A stretch of DNA of 64,000 nt from Mobula hypostoma (lineage: Eukaryota). Under the pieces are notes generated by a model that ran no database searches, was not told where the DNA came from, and saw nothing but the letters and a program-made list of their open reading frames with translations. The stretch spans positions 91,018,001-91,082,000 of the forward strand of contig NC_086108.1 in assembly GCF_963921235.1 (NCBI RefSeq). The letters are read 5' to 3'. The position numbers and the translations under genes were made by a program. This document shows, piece by piece, positions 12,068 through 24,442 of the stretch. Each line of letters opens with the position of its first letter. Within the stretch, counting starts at the first letter, position 1.

Positions 12068-12508
12068 TCAGAATCAAAATCAGGTTTAGTATCACCAGCA
12101 TATGTCATGAAATTTGTTATCTTTGTGGCAGCAGTGCAATGCAATACGTAGTAATAGAGAAAAAATTTTAATTACCATATGGATATATATAAATAAATAA
12201 AATAGTTAAATTAAGTAAGTAGTGCTAAAAAATGAAATGAAAAAAGTAATGATGTAGTTTCAACGTCCATTCAGAAATTGGATGCCAGAGGGGGAGAAGC
12301 TGTTCCTGAATAATTGAGTGTTTGCCTCTTCAGGTTTCTGTACCTCCTTCCTGATGGTAGCAATGAGAACAAGGCATGTTCTGGTTGATGGGGATCTTTA
12401 ATGTTGAACAGTACCTTTTCGAGGTACCGCTCCTTGATGATGTCCTGGATACCAAGGAGGATAGTGCCCATGATAGAGCTGAACAATTTGACAACTTTCT
12501 GCAGCTTT
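12068..12508 (-). mobile_element. Rex1/Babar-type LINE 3' fragment
   Basis: IKDPHQPEHALFSLLPSGRRYR motif with an (ATCAGA)-like tail. Confidence 0.85.
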
Positions 12509-13190
12509 GACTGTTCATTCGTTTCCAAAGATGCTGCCTGACCTGCTGAGTTCCTCCAGCATTTTGTGTGTGTTGCTAAGAAAGCAAGTTTTCATAGATA
12601 GGATCGGGGTTGCTGGAAATTTTAAATTTTCAAAACTGAGATTGATAGGTTTTATTGGTGATAGCTTTGAGAAATAGCCTAAGGCAGATAAATGGAATAA
12701 AGCTGCATGTTAGCTACTGTCTAAGAGCAGAGCAGGCTGAATAGGCTTTGCAGCCTTAGAAAGAGAGTAACGTTTTATTATGAATGACATACTGTATGTT
12801 GTGAAATTTGATCTACTCTGTTCCTGGTGTATTAATTATAAGTTTATTAAAAATCTCAGTAACTTTGAAAGGAACAAAATTCCTGCCTTGGGGATGAGGG
12901 TAGTTTATGTGACGAGTGAGCAGCAGACACCTTCATTGGAAGGTTAATGGTGCAATGTTCTGTGAAATGACCCAATATGGTTCATTGCATCGAATATGCA
13001 CGTGCCTTGTGCAGTAAGCCATATTGACCATGACATAATATGATCGTCAAGGGCACCAATCTAACACAGGAACAAAGTTTATTGTTTCTGCAAATCAAGG
13101 ACCTAATACCTGTTTCAGATTTCATTCTGCAGTTTTCTTTTGATTATTTGTTTATAAGGTAAAGGCATCACTGACAAGGCCGGTACTTAC

Positions 13191-13818
13191 TTAGATTAGA
13201 TTATGAAGACACATAGTCCTCTTTAATTGTCATTTAGTAATGCATGCATTAAGAAATGATACAATATTTCCTCCAGTGTGATATCACAAAACACAGGACA
13301 GACCAAGACTGAAAAAACTAACAAAATCACATAATTATAACATATACTTACAACAGTGCAACAATACCATAACTTGATGAAGAAGTCCATGAGCACAGTA
13401 AAGTTCAAAGTCTGTCAAATGTCCCACATCTCACGCAGACGGGAGAAGGAAGAAAAACTCTCCCTGCCATGCCGACCACAATCCGACTCTGAGTCATCCG
13501 AAAACTTCGAGCTCTGATCAGCTGTCCGACACTGAGTACTGAGCACCATCTCTGTCCGAACGATTCAACCTCCTTCTCGGTCGCCAAAAGCAGGCAAGGC
13601 CAGGGATTTTGAGGCTTACCCTTCGAAAGATTCCCAAGCATGCGGTAACGACAGCAGCAAACGAGCGTTTCAGAAATTTCTCCAGATGTTCCTCTGTGCT
13701 TTCACGTCCAGTCTCCATCAAATCAGAATTGTCCACAGCCCCTATTTAACAGATACGGTATCATTTTTCACTGGAGGGCTGCGCCCGCGCAGGCGCGCCA
13801 CCATCTTCTCCTCCCGCC
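13191..13818 (-). mobile_element. ~620-bp non-autonomous retroelement, copy 1
   Basis: Homologous end to end with 48991-49613. GC-rich 5' start GGCGGGAGGAGAAGATGG and (AATCT)n 3' tail. Confidence 0.7.
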
Positions 13819-14009
13819 TGCCCTCAAGAATTCTTTGTGAGCTGTCACCTAAAATCACTAAAGCCTTCTGATGAGATATTTCCACAGTGAAGCTGGTGGG
13901 GTGTTCCAGCATTTAGACATACTGATGAAGGACAGTAATATATGGTCTATCCAATGCACATTTGTTCATAGCTTGGAGGGAAACATGTTCCCATCCACCT
14001 TTCTAATAT

Positions 14010-14320
14010 TTCCAATAATACAAGAGGCAACTTGACCCTTTGATTCAATGATCGCTCTCTGAGCAGAACCATCAGTCACTTTGCCTGCATCTTAATGATC
14101 TACAACCCTTTCTCTCACGTGCCTAAAAACATCACCCTGGTCCCCCATCACCTATCAATACTGGAGTTAATTGATGGCAACCGTCATCTGCAAAGCCATG
14201 CATCTTTAGGATGTGGGAGGAAACTGGAACACCCGGAGAAACCCATGAGTTCATTGGGGAGAACATGCAAACTTCACTTGGACAGCACCCAAGGTCAGGC
14301 TGAATGTAGATTGCTGAAGC
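14010..14320 (-). mobile_element. HE1-like V-SINE
   Basis: ggatgtgggaggaaactggaacacccggagaaacccatg domain. Confidence 0.7.
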
Positions 14321-14486
14321 TGGCCCGAGCACCTCCTGTTATACCTGCTGTCCTTATCCTTTTCGGTGGAAGAAGTCTTGGTTTTGAGAGACGTTCAAAA
14401 ATCCTCAGTGGGAAACTTAAAACTGCTCATATTTTCCATTACACATTGTTGATCAGACATTTATTGTGGGGGGAGGTGCAGTTAGC

Positions 14487-14730
14487 ATAGGGGGTAGCGG
14501 TTAGCTTTGCATTATTATAGTGCCAACCACCCAGGTGCAATTCCCGCTGCTGCCTGTAAGGAGTTTCTACATTCTCCCCGTGACCACGTGAGTTTCCTTT
14601 AGCTGCTCCAGTTCTTTCCGCATTTCAAGGGCATACAGGTTAGCAGGTTAATTGGTCACATGGGTGTAACTGGGTGACGCAGGCTCATTGGACTGGAAGG
14701 GCCCGCTACCAAGCTGTAGCTCTAAATACA
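14487..14730 (+). mobile_element. HE1-like V-SINE
   Basis: tRNA-like head GGTAGCGGTTAGC plus V domain, followed by an A-rich end. Confidence 0.75.
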
Positions 14731-15480
14731 AAAAAAAATAAACTTGCACTCACCCAATTGTGAGCCTTCTGCACCCACCTCAGCACTTTAGCCAGTATCA
14801 CAGCCACTCAGTCCCAACCAGGGAGTTGTTTCAGAGTCCTGCTGCTCACCAACGCATTCTTACTCATGTCTTGCCACCAGCACCATTTGGTAAAAGTCCT
14901 ACACTGTTTCACTTTGATAGGACCTCAAGTTGAGTCATTTTGTACTGGGTTTGTAGAGCCGAACTGGTTGAGAAATCAGTTTGCACATCTCTGCTCTTGA
15001 TGACTGTTTCATGATGTGTATTGGAACCACTGAACATTTAGCTGCTCAAGCCATATCATCAATCAATTGAGTCATGGGCTACCTGTGTTTTATGTTATTC
15101 ATTTATGGTTGATAACATTGCTGGCTTGTACTCAAGCTGCTGCATGACATTTCTCTTGTATTGAATGATTGACATCATTAGTTATTTCAGTGGGCAGTCA
15201 AGAGTCTCACGCAGATCAAGCCAGGTAAAGGAAACAGACTGCCTAGCCTGAAGACAGCAGTGACGCTAGCAAGTGTTCATGCCAATCCATCAGTTTTGTG
15301 GTCATTGACACTGGCACTTACACTGCAGATAAGTTAAATCAACCAAATTTCAGCTCCCCGGCTGTCATGGAGGGGCTTGAACTCATAGAGTTAAGCGCCA
15401 TAGCCAGGTGCAGCAAGGAGGCAGGCCAATCAGTCCGTTGACTCCACACTGGCCTTCAATCACCCATTTACTTTACTAGG

Positions 15481-15780
15481 GATGGCACAATAGCAGAGCG
15501 GTAAGCGCAGTGCTTTACAGTGGTAACTGTAGAATTGGGGTTCAACTCCCTCTGCTTCATTCTCCCTGGGACTGCATGGGTTTCCTCCAGGTATTCCGGT
15601 TTCCTCTCACGTTCCAGGGGTGTACGAGTTAAAGTTGTGGGCATACTACGTTGGCTCTGGAAGCATGGCAACACTGGTGGGCTGCCTGGCACAATCCTCA
15701 CTGATTTGATTTGATGCAAATGCTGCATTCCTCTGTATGTTTCAATGTACGTGTGACAAATAAAGCTAATCTTTAATCGT
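15481..15780 (+). mobile_element. HE1-like V-SINE
   Basis: Head GGCACAATAGCAGAGCGGTAAGC, B-box-like GGGTTCAACTCC, V domain and aataaagctaatct tail. Confidence 0.75.
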
Positions 15781-15784
15781 TCAT

Positions 15785-16055
15785 CTTTACGCTAATCGTA
15801 CATTAATCCCATTTTTATATTTCTCCCCACACTCTGATCAGCTCCCCCAGATTCTGCCGCTCCCCTACATCCTAGGGGCCAATTAACTTAACAACCCACA
15901 CGGCTTTGGGAAGTGGGAAGAGACAGGAGGAAAATGGAGGAAACCCATGTGGTCTTAGAGAGAATGTGCCAGCACAGACAGCGCACAAGGCCACGACTTA
16001 ACCTAGTTTGCTGGAGCCGAAGGCAGTGGCTCTACTTCCATGCCACTACCGCTCC
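15785..16055 (-). mobile_element. HE1-like V-SINE (decayed)
   Basis: ggaggaaacccatgtggtc...gagaatgtgc..cacagacagc domain in reverse orientation. Confidence 0.6.
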
Positions 16056-16061
16056 AGTTCT

Positions 16062-16175
16062 GCCCGGAATGTCGACTGTTCATTCCTCTCCATGGCTGCT
16101 CCCTGGCCTGCTGAGTTCCTTCAGCATTTTGTCTGTGTTACTCTGAATTTCCAGCATCTGCAGAATCCCTTGTGC
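16062..16175 (+). mobile_element. Penelope-like pLTR fragment with the 3' half of the hammerhead motif
   Basis: GCCCGGAATGTCGACTG followed by the ggcctgctgagttc...ccagcatctgcag repeat. Confidence 0.75.
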
Positions 16176-16868
16176 TTATGTTACCTCTCACATATCTGAA
16201 ATTTTAGTCCAGGCTGTGGATTGCGAGTCTAATAAATTAACCACAATGTTTCTATCATCACACTGCTAAAAGACAACAGAGGCAAAATTGACTGAGCATT
16301 GCTCCAGCCACCCAGAAACCTACTTAACTGCCAATCACCTCCAACCCGCAGCAGCACAGACTGGCCGCATTCTATGTGTAATTAATCTAACTTGAGTGAA
16401 TGTTTAAAGGGTAATGAATTGTTAAAAAAAAAGTGAATCTAATCCTTAAAAAAAGCAGGGGAGCAGTAATGAGAAAGTGAAAAAAAATGATTTAGTATCA
16501 GCAATTATGTTTTCTTTATTCGTAAGAAAGGAAGTTTATTAATAACAGTAGTTTCAATACCTTAATGGATAATTCATTGTAATCACCTTTCTCGATCAGT
16601 ATTAGTCAAGTAATGCTATTATGCTATAATGGAGGCTGATTCATTCGGCTTATTTAGTAGACAAGGAAAATGCAATTGTGTTGGATGATATTATTACGGC
16701 TCTGCTGTTTATTGCTGTGATCTGAGGATCAAGTAATGAGAGGGTTGCAGTCCCTGCAATGTCACACACAGTGCAGTCAGACTGGCAGCATGAAGCTATG
16801 CCTGTCTCTGTGCACAGCTTTATCAGATTAGTTTCTCATCTAGTTCTGTAACTGACCCATTTGAACAG

Positions 16869-16989
16869 GATCCAAGGCTGGTGCAAAACATCTGCCGCTG
16901 GGTACGGCAAGCTGTTAAGATTCCGTTCTTTGCCAAGCTGACCCCGAACGTCACCGACATTGTAAACATAGCGATGGCAGCTCAGGAAG
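16869..16989 (+). CDS. DPYD: Dihydropyrimidine dehydrogenase internal exon (equivalent to human exon 17)
   Basis: Acceptor AG at 16867-68 and donor GTAAG at 16990. The 121 nt translate as [40 protein letters not shown](G), matching human DPD 687-727 including FMN-binding K709. Confidence 0.97.
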
Positions 16990-17299
16990 GTAAGAAAATG
17001 GCAGTGGAAACTGAATATAAAGAGATTAAAATTCTACTTGAGAATAATTCTTTAGTCCTTGAGAATTACTTCTTTATATCTTTCATTTTGATTGTCCTTC
17101 CTTTTACATTAATTTTCAAATAGCTTACGTACATCAATTAAAAACACACCCCTTTTATTTGATAATGGTCCCTGTCATTCCGTACCACTAACTTTGAAAT
17201 GACTCATGCCATCTATTCTCTAGCTATTATATTGAAACCAAAATCAAAAGATATTATTCTGTGGATTGGAATTTAAATAACTGTTGTATTTTCTCACAG

Positions 17300-17419
17300 G
17301 TGGTGCAGATGGTATTACAGCAATCAACACAGTCTCTGGGCTGATAGGGGTACTTGCAGATGGCACACCTGTGCCTGCCGTTGGTAGAGACAAGCGAACC
17401 ACATATGGCGGTGTGTCTG
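17300..17419 (+). CDS. DPYD: Dihydropyrimidine dehydrogenase internal exon (equivalent to human exon 18)
   Basis: Acceptor ttctcacAG at 17298-99 and donor GTAAG at 17420. The 120 nt give (G)[39 protein letters not shown](G). Phase fits the previous exon (G+GT=Gly) across a 310-nt intron. Confidence 0.97.
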
Positions 17420-19721
17420 GTAAGCATTGCCTTCACCACTGTGCAGCGTTCCCTCTGAGACTATAGACAAAACGGTGACAACTTCTAATATCAATTCCCT
17501 TTCAAGGCACCTTGCTTTCTGCTGGTCAACATAACTAATCATATTGACAGATGGACAAGTCTGAGTCTGCAAGCACTTCTAATAGCAATTTCTTTTATTG
17601 GCACAATGCTTCAGTAAAGTGGGTGGGGAGAAGTTAAACGATAAATGAAAGAAGTATCTTGAAGCCCTTTGTAGTAACTTGCATTAGCACAGTTTCTCTT
17701 TTCAAGATTTAATTAACACTCATTTTTGAATAGAAACCACAAACTTCAACTTATTCATATCAATGCAGTCTGCACTGCTTCGATATTTTAATGTGTACAC
17801 TTTACACCAAATTGTATTTGCTTCTAGTGCACTTTTTTAACCATTGCTGTCATTTACATTCAGATAAAGGAATAAAGTCTGTTCATTTGGGTAAATTCAA
17901 AAGTGGGAATACCTAGAGTTTTTTTTTACATAGACAAAATAAATTTGATAGAAAATTACCTCTTAATGAGAAAGTACTTTAATTCCAACTTCTTCGAACA
18001 GTCAGCTTCTCAAAGCTGTAAGTTAGCAGTCATTTCCTTATTTTTAAAAGAGTGCATTTTTTTTGCAGATTCATAGCTCATGAGTTCATTTTGCTTTTCC
18101 TCTTTCTCATTTGTCTGCCATGAGTATCTTCCAATGATCGAATTTTTGTTCTTGATAGGAGGTTGTCAAGTTGCATTTCAGGATTAAGTCATGCAGAAAC
18201 TAAACCAAACCATATTGATCACTCTCCTTCTTGGAGCGGTATTAGGGATGAAGTATTGGCTCTTATTGTAAAATTAGCTAACGGAAATGAAATTGTAAAA
18301 AGGTTAATTTAGTTATTTGACAAAGTTTATTGCTTGCCCACCTCCCCAGCCCAACAACTGGAAGTAGTTAATGAGGATAAAAGCTATGGTAATAGATAAC
18401 ATGTTTGTAGTTACCTGCCCTACACAAATGTTAAATGTTCATGTTTACAGATGAAGGCAGAGTAGACAGCATAAAATGCCAAGTGCAGGTTTTGAAGTAC
18501 CACACAACCATAGGTTGACATTTCTACAGAATGGAAGTTTATGAGATGCATATTTTTTGTCTTTGGGAGCTTAAACTGCACGCAGGGCACCTCCGTTCTC
18601 TGACTGCTTCAGACGAGCAGTGATTTAAATCAGTGCATAGGAGCCATATTGTCTGCTTTCCTCTCGTAGAACAAATATTACTCTTAGTCAACACATAAGC
18701 AAAGTTAAATGTATTTATTTTACTATCCCAACTTGTTGTTTCTTAAGTAGGAGCACGTTTCAGTTAGTTGTTAACATAGCTGGTCACATTATGGACTTAC
18801 ATGGGACCTGCATACTCTACATCAAATTAATTTTTTAAAAATGACATAAGAAAGTATGAAGATCTTGGTATTGTCAAGATTTCAATTTTATTTTAAATAT
18901 TTTCTAAAGGCCAGACCTTTAAATCTCAGGGGCTGCATCAAGCAGTGAGCTGTGAATTTTACCATCGGGTAACTGTTAATGATAAGGAAACATTCCGAGT
19001 GAGGCTGGTGTAATACAATCATTGGATTAGGCTATCAATCACTCCAGTCCTCAGGGAACAGGAAAGGAGACAAAACAGAGAAAGGAAAATTAGGAAAGGT
19101 GGGTGTGACTAGAATGTAATTCTTTACTATCTCTATCTGCTAACTGTTCTCTGTAGCTTTTAAATTCAAAGCCCATCTAAGCACCGCTGACAGTCTTAAA
19201 AAGAGTTATATTTGAATTGTGTGGTGTTTACAGAACAGGAAAATAAACAACCAGAGTTAGTGGAATAGAGAAAAAATATTTAAACTCTTTTTTTAATCTA
19301 GTCTTTGAGAAGTGGCTCAGCTGATACTAAAGTTAGCTTTGGTAAATTTGTATCATGCACATTGGAAGTTAAATATCCAGCTGAAAGGCGGACTACTGGC
19401 AAGCTACTGCACACAGGTCAGTATGCCCTGACCTCCAAGCCTACAATTTGCAGCGGGGAGGTACAGAACAGACTGGAGATCAGATGCCATTGCATTTGAT
19501 CTGCACACTGTTGGATTCATAAGGAAGCTGTGGATTCATTCATTTGGAAGGAGTCATTGATCTGGATGGAAAAAGTGAGTGGTTTGGTTTTATTTTTTCA
19601 TCGTAATCAATATTAGCGCTCTTGGTTAATTTACAGCACACAAATGTCTTTAACTTTGTTTTCCATATTTTAAGATCTATTTTGACTGTTTTAATAATTC
19701 TGTAATTCTCAGAGGTGTATA

Positions 19722-20293
19722 CACTCACTGGCCACTTCTCAGAGAATTCTGTAGTTCTCAGAGGTGTATACACTCATTAGGTACCCCCTGTAGCTAATAA
19801 AATGGCCACTGAGTGTATGTATGTAGTTTTCTGCTGCTGTAGCCCATCCACTTCAAGGTTTGATGCGTTCTGCATTCAGAGATGTTCTTCTGTACACCAC
19901 TGTTGTAACGTGTAGCTACTTGAGTTACTGTCACCTTCCTATCAGCTTGAACCAATCTGACGTCTCTTATTAACAAGACATTTTTTCCCAGAGAATAGCT
20001 GATGACTAGATGTTTTCTTTTGTTTTTCACCATTCTCTGTAAACCCTAGCATCTATTACGCATGAAAAGCAATTTCTGAGATACTCTAATCAGCCCATCT
20101 GGCACCAACAATGATTCCACGGTCAAAGTCACTTAGATCACATTTCTTCCCCGCTCTGATGTTTGGTCTGAACAATAACTAAACCTCTTGATCATGTATG
20201 CATGTTTTTATGCACTGAGTTACTGCCACATTATTGCTTAACTGGATACTTGTATTAACAAGCAGGTGTACCTAATAAAGTGGCACCTGAATG
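19722..20293 (-). mobile_element. Non-autonomous Tc1/mariner derivative, copy 2
   Basis: Reverse-complement homolog of 2436-2993, TA-flanked. ORF remnant LVQADRKVTVTQVATRYNSGVQKNISECRTHQTLKWMGYSSRK. Confidence 0.85.
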
Positions 20294-21113
20294 TAGAAAC
20301 AGTCGAAAGAGCCATCAGGACACTCAGGAGGCGGAACCTGCGATTCCACCATCTGAAGCCTAGACACCATTTGGGGACCCACAAGATGGCTGCAGTAGCA
20401 AATCCTCAGGGTCAGCCAGATCTGCAGGGCAGCAGGAGGCTAGCGCGGCTGCAGGCATCGGGTGGTGGAGCAGAAATGTGAGCTCACGTGATGCGGTCCA
20501 TTGATGACCATGCTCTAGCAAGCAAAACAGAACGAGCCGACTTAATGCCTTTAAATTCCTGTTACAACCCAAGCATGAAGTGGTTATCTTACAGCATTAA
20601 ATTGAAACCCAAGTGTAATCTTTCCTTTGAGTTTGGTGCGAAGGACAATATGGTTTGGTAACAATGTCTGTCTATATTAAGGATTTATCAGCACCTTTGG
20701 CAGAGAATGTGTGTGGATTAATTTCATAGACAAAATGATTTTCAGTCTTTATCACTTTTATTCCCTGTTGCAGAAAAATTACAGGTGACCTTTTGCATTG
20801 CACATTCAGTTTTTTTCAAGAAGAAATAAAGTGGAAACAGCTGATTCCTTTAGCCTGGTTTGCCTTAGGGTATTATTATCAAGCCTTTATGAAGTCTTCA
20901 GCTTTAGCTGTGAAGATCACAATCCGTACATTGTTCAGGAATGAGGAAGGAGATTAGGGAAAGTGTTCGGAGGCTTAGATGATAAGTGGACCTACAGTTA
21001 ATGACTGAGAATTTAAAATATGGGGTTCTTATTGAATGACTTACTGAAAAAAATGTTGGAAAGCTGTTGTTGAAAAATACATAATCAATTGTGATGCAGT
21101 TGATTAAATACTG

Positions 21114-21665
21114 TCAGAATCAGAATCAAGGTTTAATATCAGCGGCATATTGTATGTTGTGAAATATTTTGACCTTGCAGCAGCAATACAATGCAAAATA
21201 TAATAATAGAAAAAATGTGACTTACAGTAAGTGCTTATATATGTTATTTAGTTAAATTAGATGAGTAGCGCAAAAATAGAAATAAAAAAATTAGTGAGGT
21301 AGTGTTCATGGGTTCAGTGTCCATTCCGAAAACAGACAGTAGAGGGGGAAGAAGCTGTCCCTGAACCGTTGAGTGTGTGCCTTCACAATTCTGTACCTCC
21401 TTCCTGATGGTGGCGATGAGAACAAGGCATGACCTGGGTGATGGGGTCCTTGATAATGGATGCCTCATACAGCCAGTTAGAATGCTCTGCACGGTACATC
21501 TATAGAAATTTGTGAGTCATTTGGTGACGCATCAAATCTCGTCAAACTCCTAATGAAATACAGCCACTGTCATGTCTTCTTTGTAGCTGTTGTGTTCAGG
21601 TTAGATCCTCTGAGATATTGACGCCCAGGAACTTAAAACTGCTCACTCTTTTCACCTCTGATCCC
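21114..21665 (-). mobile_element. Rex1/Babar-type LINE 3' fragment
   Basis: (TCAGAA)n tail and coding remnant homologous to 12068-12508. Confidence 0.8.
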
Positions 21666-22683
21666 ACGGGTATAATAAGAGCCACATCTGCTTCTGATTA
21701 TACCCATTAATTAACACACAGATATTTACAGCTGAGAACCAACAATTTAGGTTTCCCTTTCTTAGAATTGAAGATACTTAGCATCCATCAACTGGACCCA
21801 TTTCATTCAAGGGGGCAAAGAAAGAAATTTACCTGAAAAAATGAAACATGGATACATATCAAAGCCATGTAAATCTGCTTTTGTGAGAAAATTAGGATGA
21901 AGACCATTCCAAATAGTTAAGCTAAAGATGAGACTACAAGTCAGTTGTTGCAACTTAACTGTAGATGATTTTGATCAGAATGTCTTAATGTCTTAATTGT
22001 CCCTTTCAAATAAAACTGTGATACTGCCACAATTCTGTATAGTCAGGAAGAAGGATACATCACCGCTGAGAATGACAATTTAAATTTCAGTATAGTCCTG
22101 GTGTCCAAATAGCCCACGAGAGACCAGTACGCTTGATCACTATGGGGAATTTTACAATGAATGTCAGATGAGACTAGAATTTCAAAATGTAGTTTTATAA
22201 TTAGACAATACAGCTATTAAACTTTGTTTTATATTTCCTTTATGATTGTAAAGATTGGAAATACCATTTCCCTGCAATAATGCAAAAGTTATTAATTTTA
22301 TTTCAGAGAAGATAGAGCTTTACTCACTTGCCAGCAGTGTTATTTTCCAAAGGAGAAATTCTTCCTCCTATCTCAATATGCTGCATTAGGGGCATGGTGT
22401 CGAAGCTGTAAGTAGGCTCCCAAGCAGGTTTTCAGATGTGAGGTACTGCATATAAAAGCGATACTTACTCACCAGTAACCTTGTATCCTTTTTGAGTTTT
22501 AGCAGGATTAAGGATTTCCAGATTTTAAAGTGTTGGTCCAACCTGGACTAAACAATTGAATTTCAAAAACGAGGTGAGAATGACTGTCTTGATATCAAAG
22601 CAGCTTTTGGATGAGTGTGACATCATGGTGCCCAGGTAAAACTAATGTCATACTTCACTCAAAAGAAAGTTGCTACATTGTGG

Positions 22684-22985
22684 AGAATCAGAATCAGGTT
22701 TATTATCACTTATATATGTTGTGAAATTTCTTGTTATGCGGCAGCAGTACAGTGCAATACATAAAAATATTATAAATTACAATGAGATATGCAGTATATT
22801 AAGTAAGTAGTGGTACAGGAGAGGAAAATGGTGAGATAGTGTTCCTGGGTTGGCTGATTGTACGTTCAGAAATCTAATGGCAGAGCGGAAGAAGTTAGTT
22901 GTTTCTAAAATGCTAAAGGTGTGTCTGCAAACATCTGTACCTCCTCTCTGATGGTAATAATGTCCCAGGTGATGGGTATTCTTAG
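22684..22985 (-). mobile_element. Rex1/Babar-type LINE 3' fragment
   Basis: gaatcagaatcaggtttattatcac tail and the homologous 3' UTR. Confidence 0.75.
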
Positions 22986-23154
22986 GAGGTCAATCTTCCT
23001 CATCTGAGGATATCAACAGAGGAGGTGATGAGGTTAGAAATGGGGTGGTATGCTGATGGTTGCACAAATGCTAAATTCAAATTGTGACTCTTCAGCAAGC
23101 GACATAGTAGACAACAGTCAGGCATTGACTGATTTAAACCTCCACACCATGGAA

Positions 23155-24195
23155 ATGCTAACCAATAACAATCTCAGTCAAGAAAGAGCTAATGAACAGA
23201 ATCTTTACATGTGGATCTCATTACAATTGCCAAAACCTCTCCATTAACATTCCGGCGCCATTGTTCAACAGAAACTCAGATGGACCAGCCACAATATTGC
23301 AGTTATAAGAGTAGCCCAGAAACAGGGTAACCGAAGTGAGTAACTTTACAAGGCTCAAGTCCGAAGTAGAATAGAGTACACTTCACCTCTCTGAATGAAT
23401 TATGTTCAATAACTATCAAGAAGGTCAGTGCTATCCTATCACCGCAGTGTAGGAGTTGGTGTAACACTATACAGCAGCAATGATCAGGGTTCAGTTCCTG
23501 CTGCTGTCTATAAGGAGTCTGTGGATTCTCCCTGTAAGTGTGTGGATTGCCTGTAGGATCCCTGGCTTCCTTCCACATTCCAAAGACATACAGGTTAGGG
23601 TTAGTAAATTATGGGCACACTATATTTGTGGCAGAAGCATGCCAACACTTACTGGCCGGACTCTGCGTAATCTTCAAACTACGCTGGGTTATTGATGCAA
23701 ACAATATATTTCAGTGTACGTTTAGATATACGTGTTGGCAAATAAATATAATCTTAAAATCTTTAATCCAGGACACAGTAACCCCTCTGTCAGAACTGTC
23801 AGCCACCTTGATCATTCATTCCACCCTTGTCAGTCCCTAGTGACTGCAGAGTGTTCCATCCCTAAAATGCACTGCAGTTACTCACTTAACCTGTTTCACC
23901 AGCAACCACTAAATCCAGAATTCCTGCTGCCAAGAAGGGTGAGGGCAGCTGGTTGCACATGAACAGTGCCTACGGGTCCCACCCCAGGTCACACACCATC
24001 CTGACTTGTAAATATGTCATTGTTTCATCTTCACTGAAGGGGTCTGTATCTCGAACTGCCTTCACAACAGCATGGGAGCATCTTCACCAGGAGCACTGTA
24101 GCAGTTTAAGAAGATGATTTATCACTTCTCCTGGGCAGTTGGGGATGGGAAATAAATTTGCATCTTCCCAGTAAGGCCAAGATCCTGAATGAAAG
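23155..24195 (+). mobile_element. Ancient CR1/L2-type LINE 3' remnant interrupted by a SINE
   Basis: Decayed YKAQVRS..EY motif and ggggatgggaaataaat...atcctgaatgaaa 3' end. Confidence 0.5.
23445..23760 (+). mobile_element. HE1-like V-SINE
   Basis: B-box-like GGGTTCAGTTCC, V domain and aaataaatataatct tail. Confidence 0.7.
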
Positions 24196-24442
24196 TGAAT
24201 TACTACACATATTGGATTGTTATTTTAAGCAGCAATTCTAGCCAGTGACTTTTCTTCTATAGCTCAAGGATACCGTGGGGAAGAGAAACAACCCTATGTG
24301 AGAACATCTCACATAGAATAGACCTGTTTCTAAAACAGCGAATGACTCTGGGGCACTCCAAGGTTCAAGATTTCAAGATTGTTTAATGTCATTTCCAGTG
24401 AAGAAGTGTAAAGGGGGACGAATTAGTTGTTACTGTGATCCG

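Larger units (their letters stand above)
11911..12576. mobile_element. Penelope-like fold-back (inverted pLTR) insertion, interrupted by Rex1
   Basis: Left arm ~11916-12065 and inverted right arm ~12510-12576. 13-bp TSD TAAGGAAGCAAGT (11898-910) / TAAGAAAGCAAGT (12577-589). Confidence 0.8.

Noticed and set aside
16990..17123. Continuation of the DPYD-like ORF beyond the exon
   Set aside because: Homology ends at the GTAAG donor; the remainder is intron read-through.
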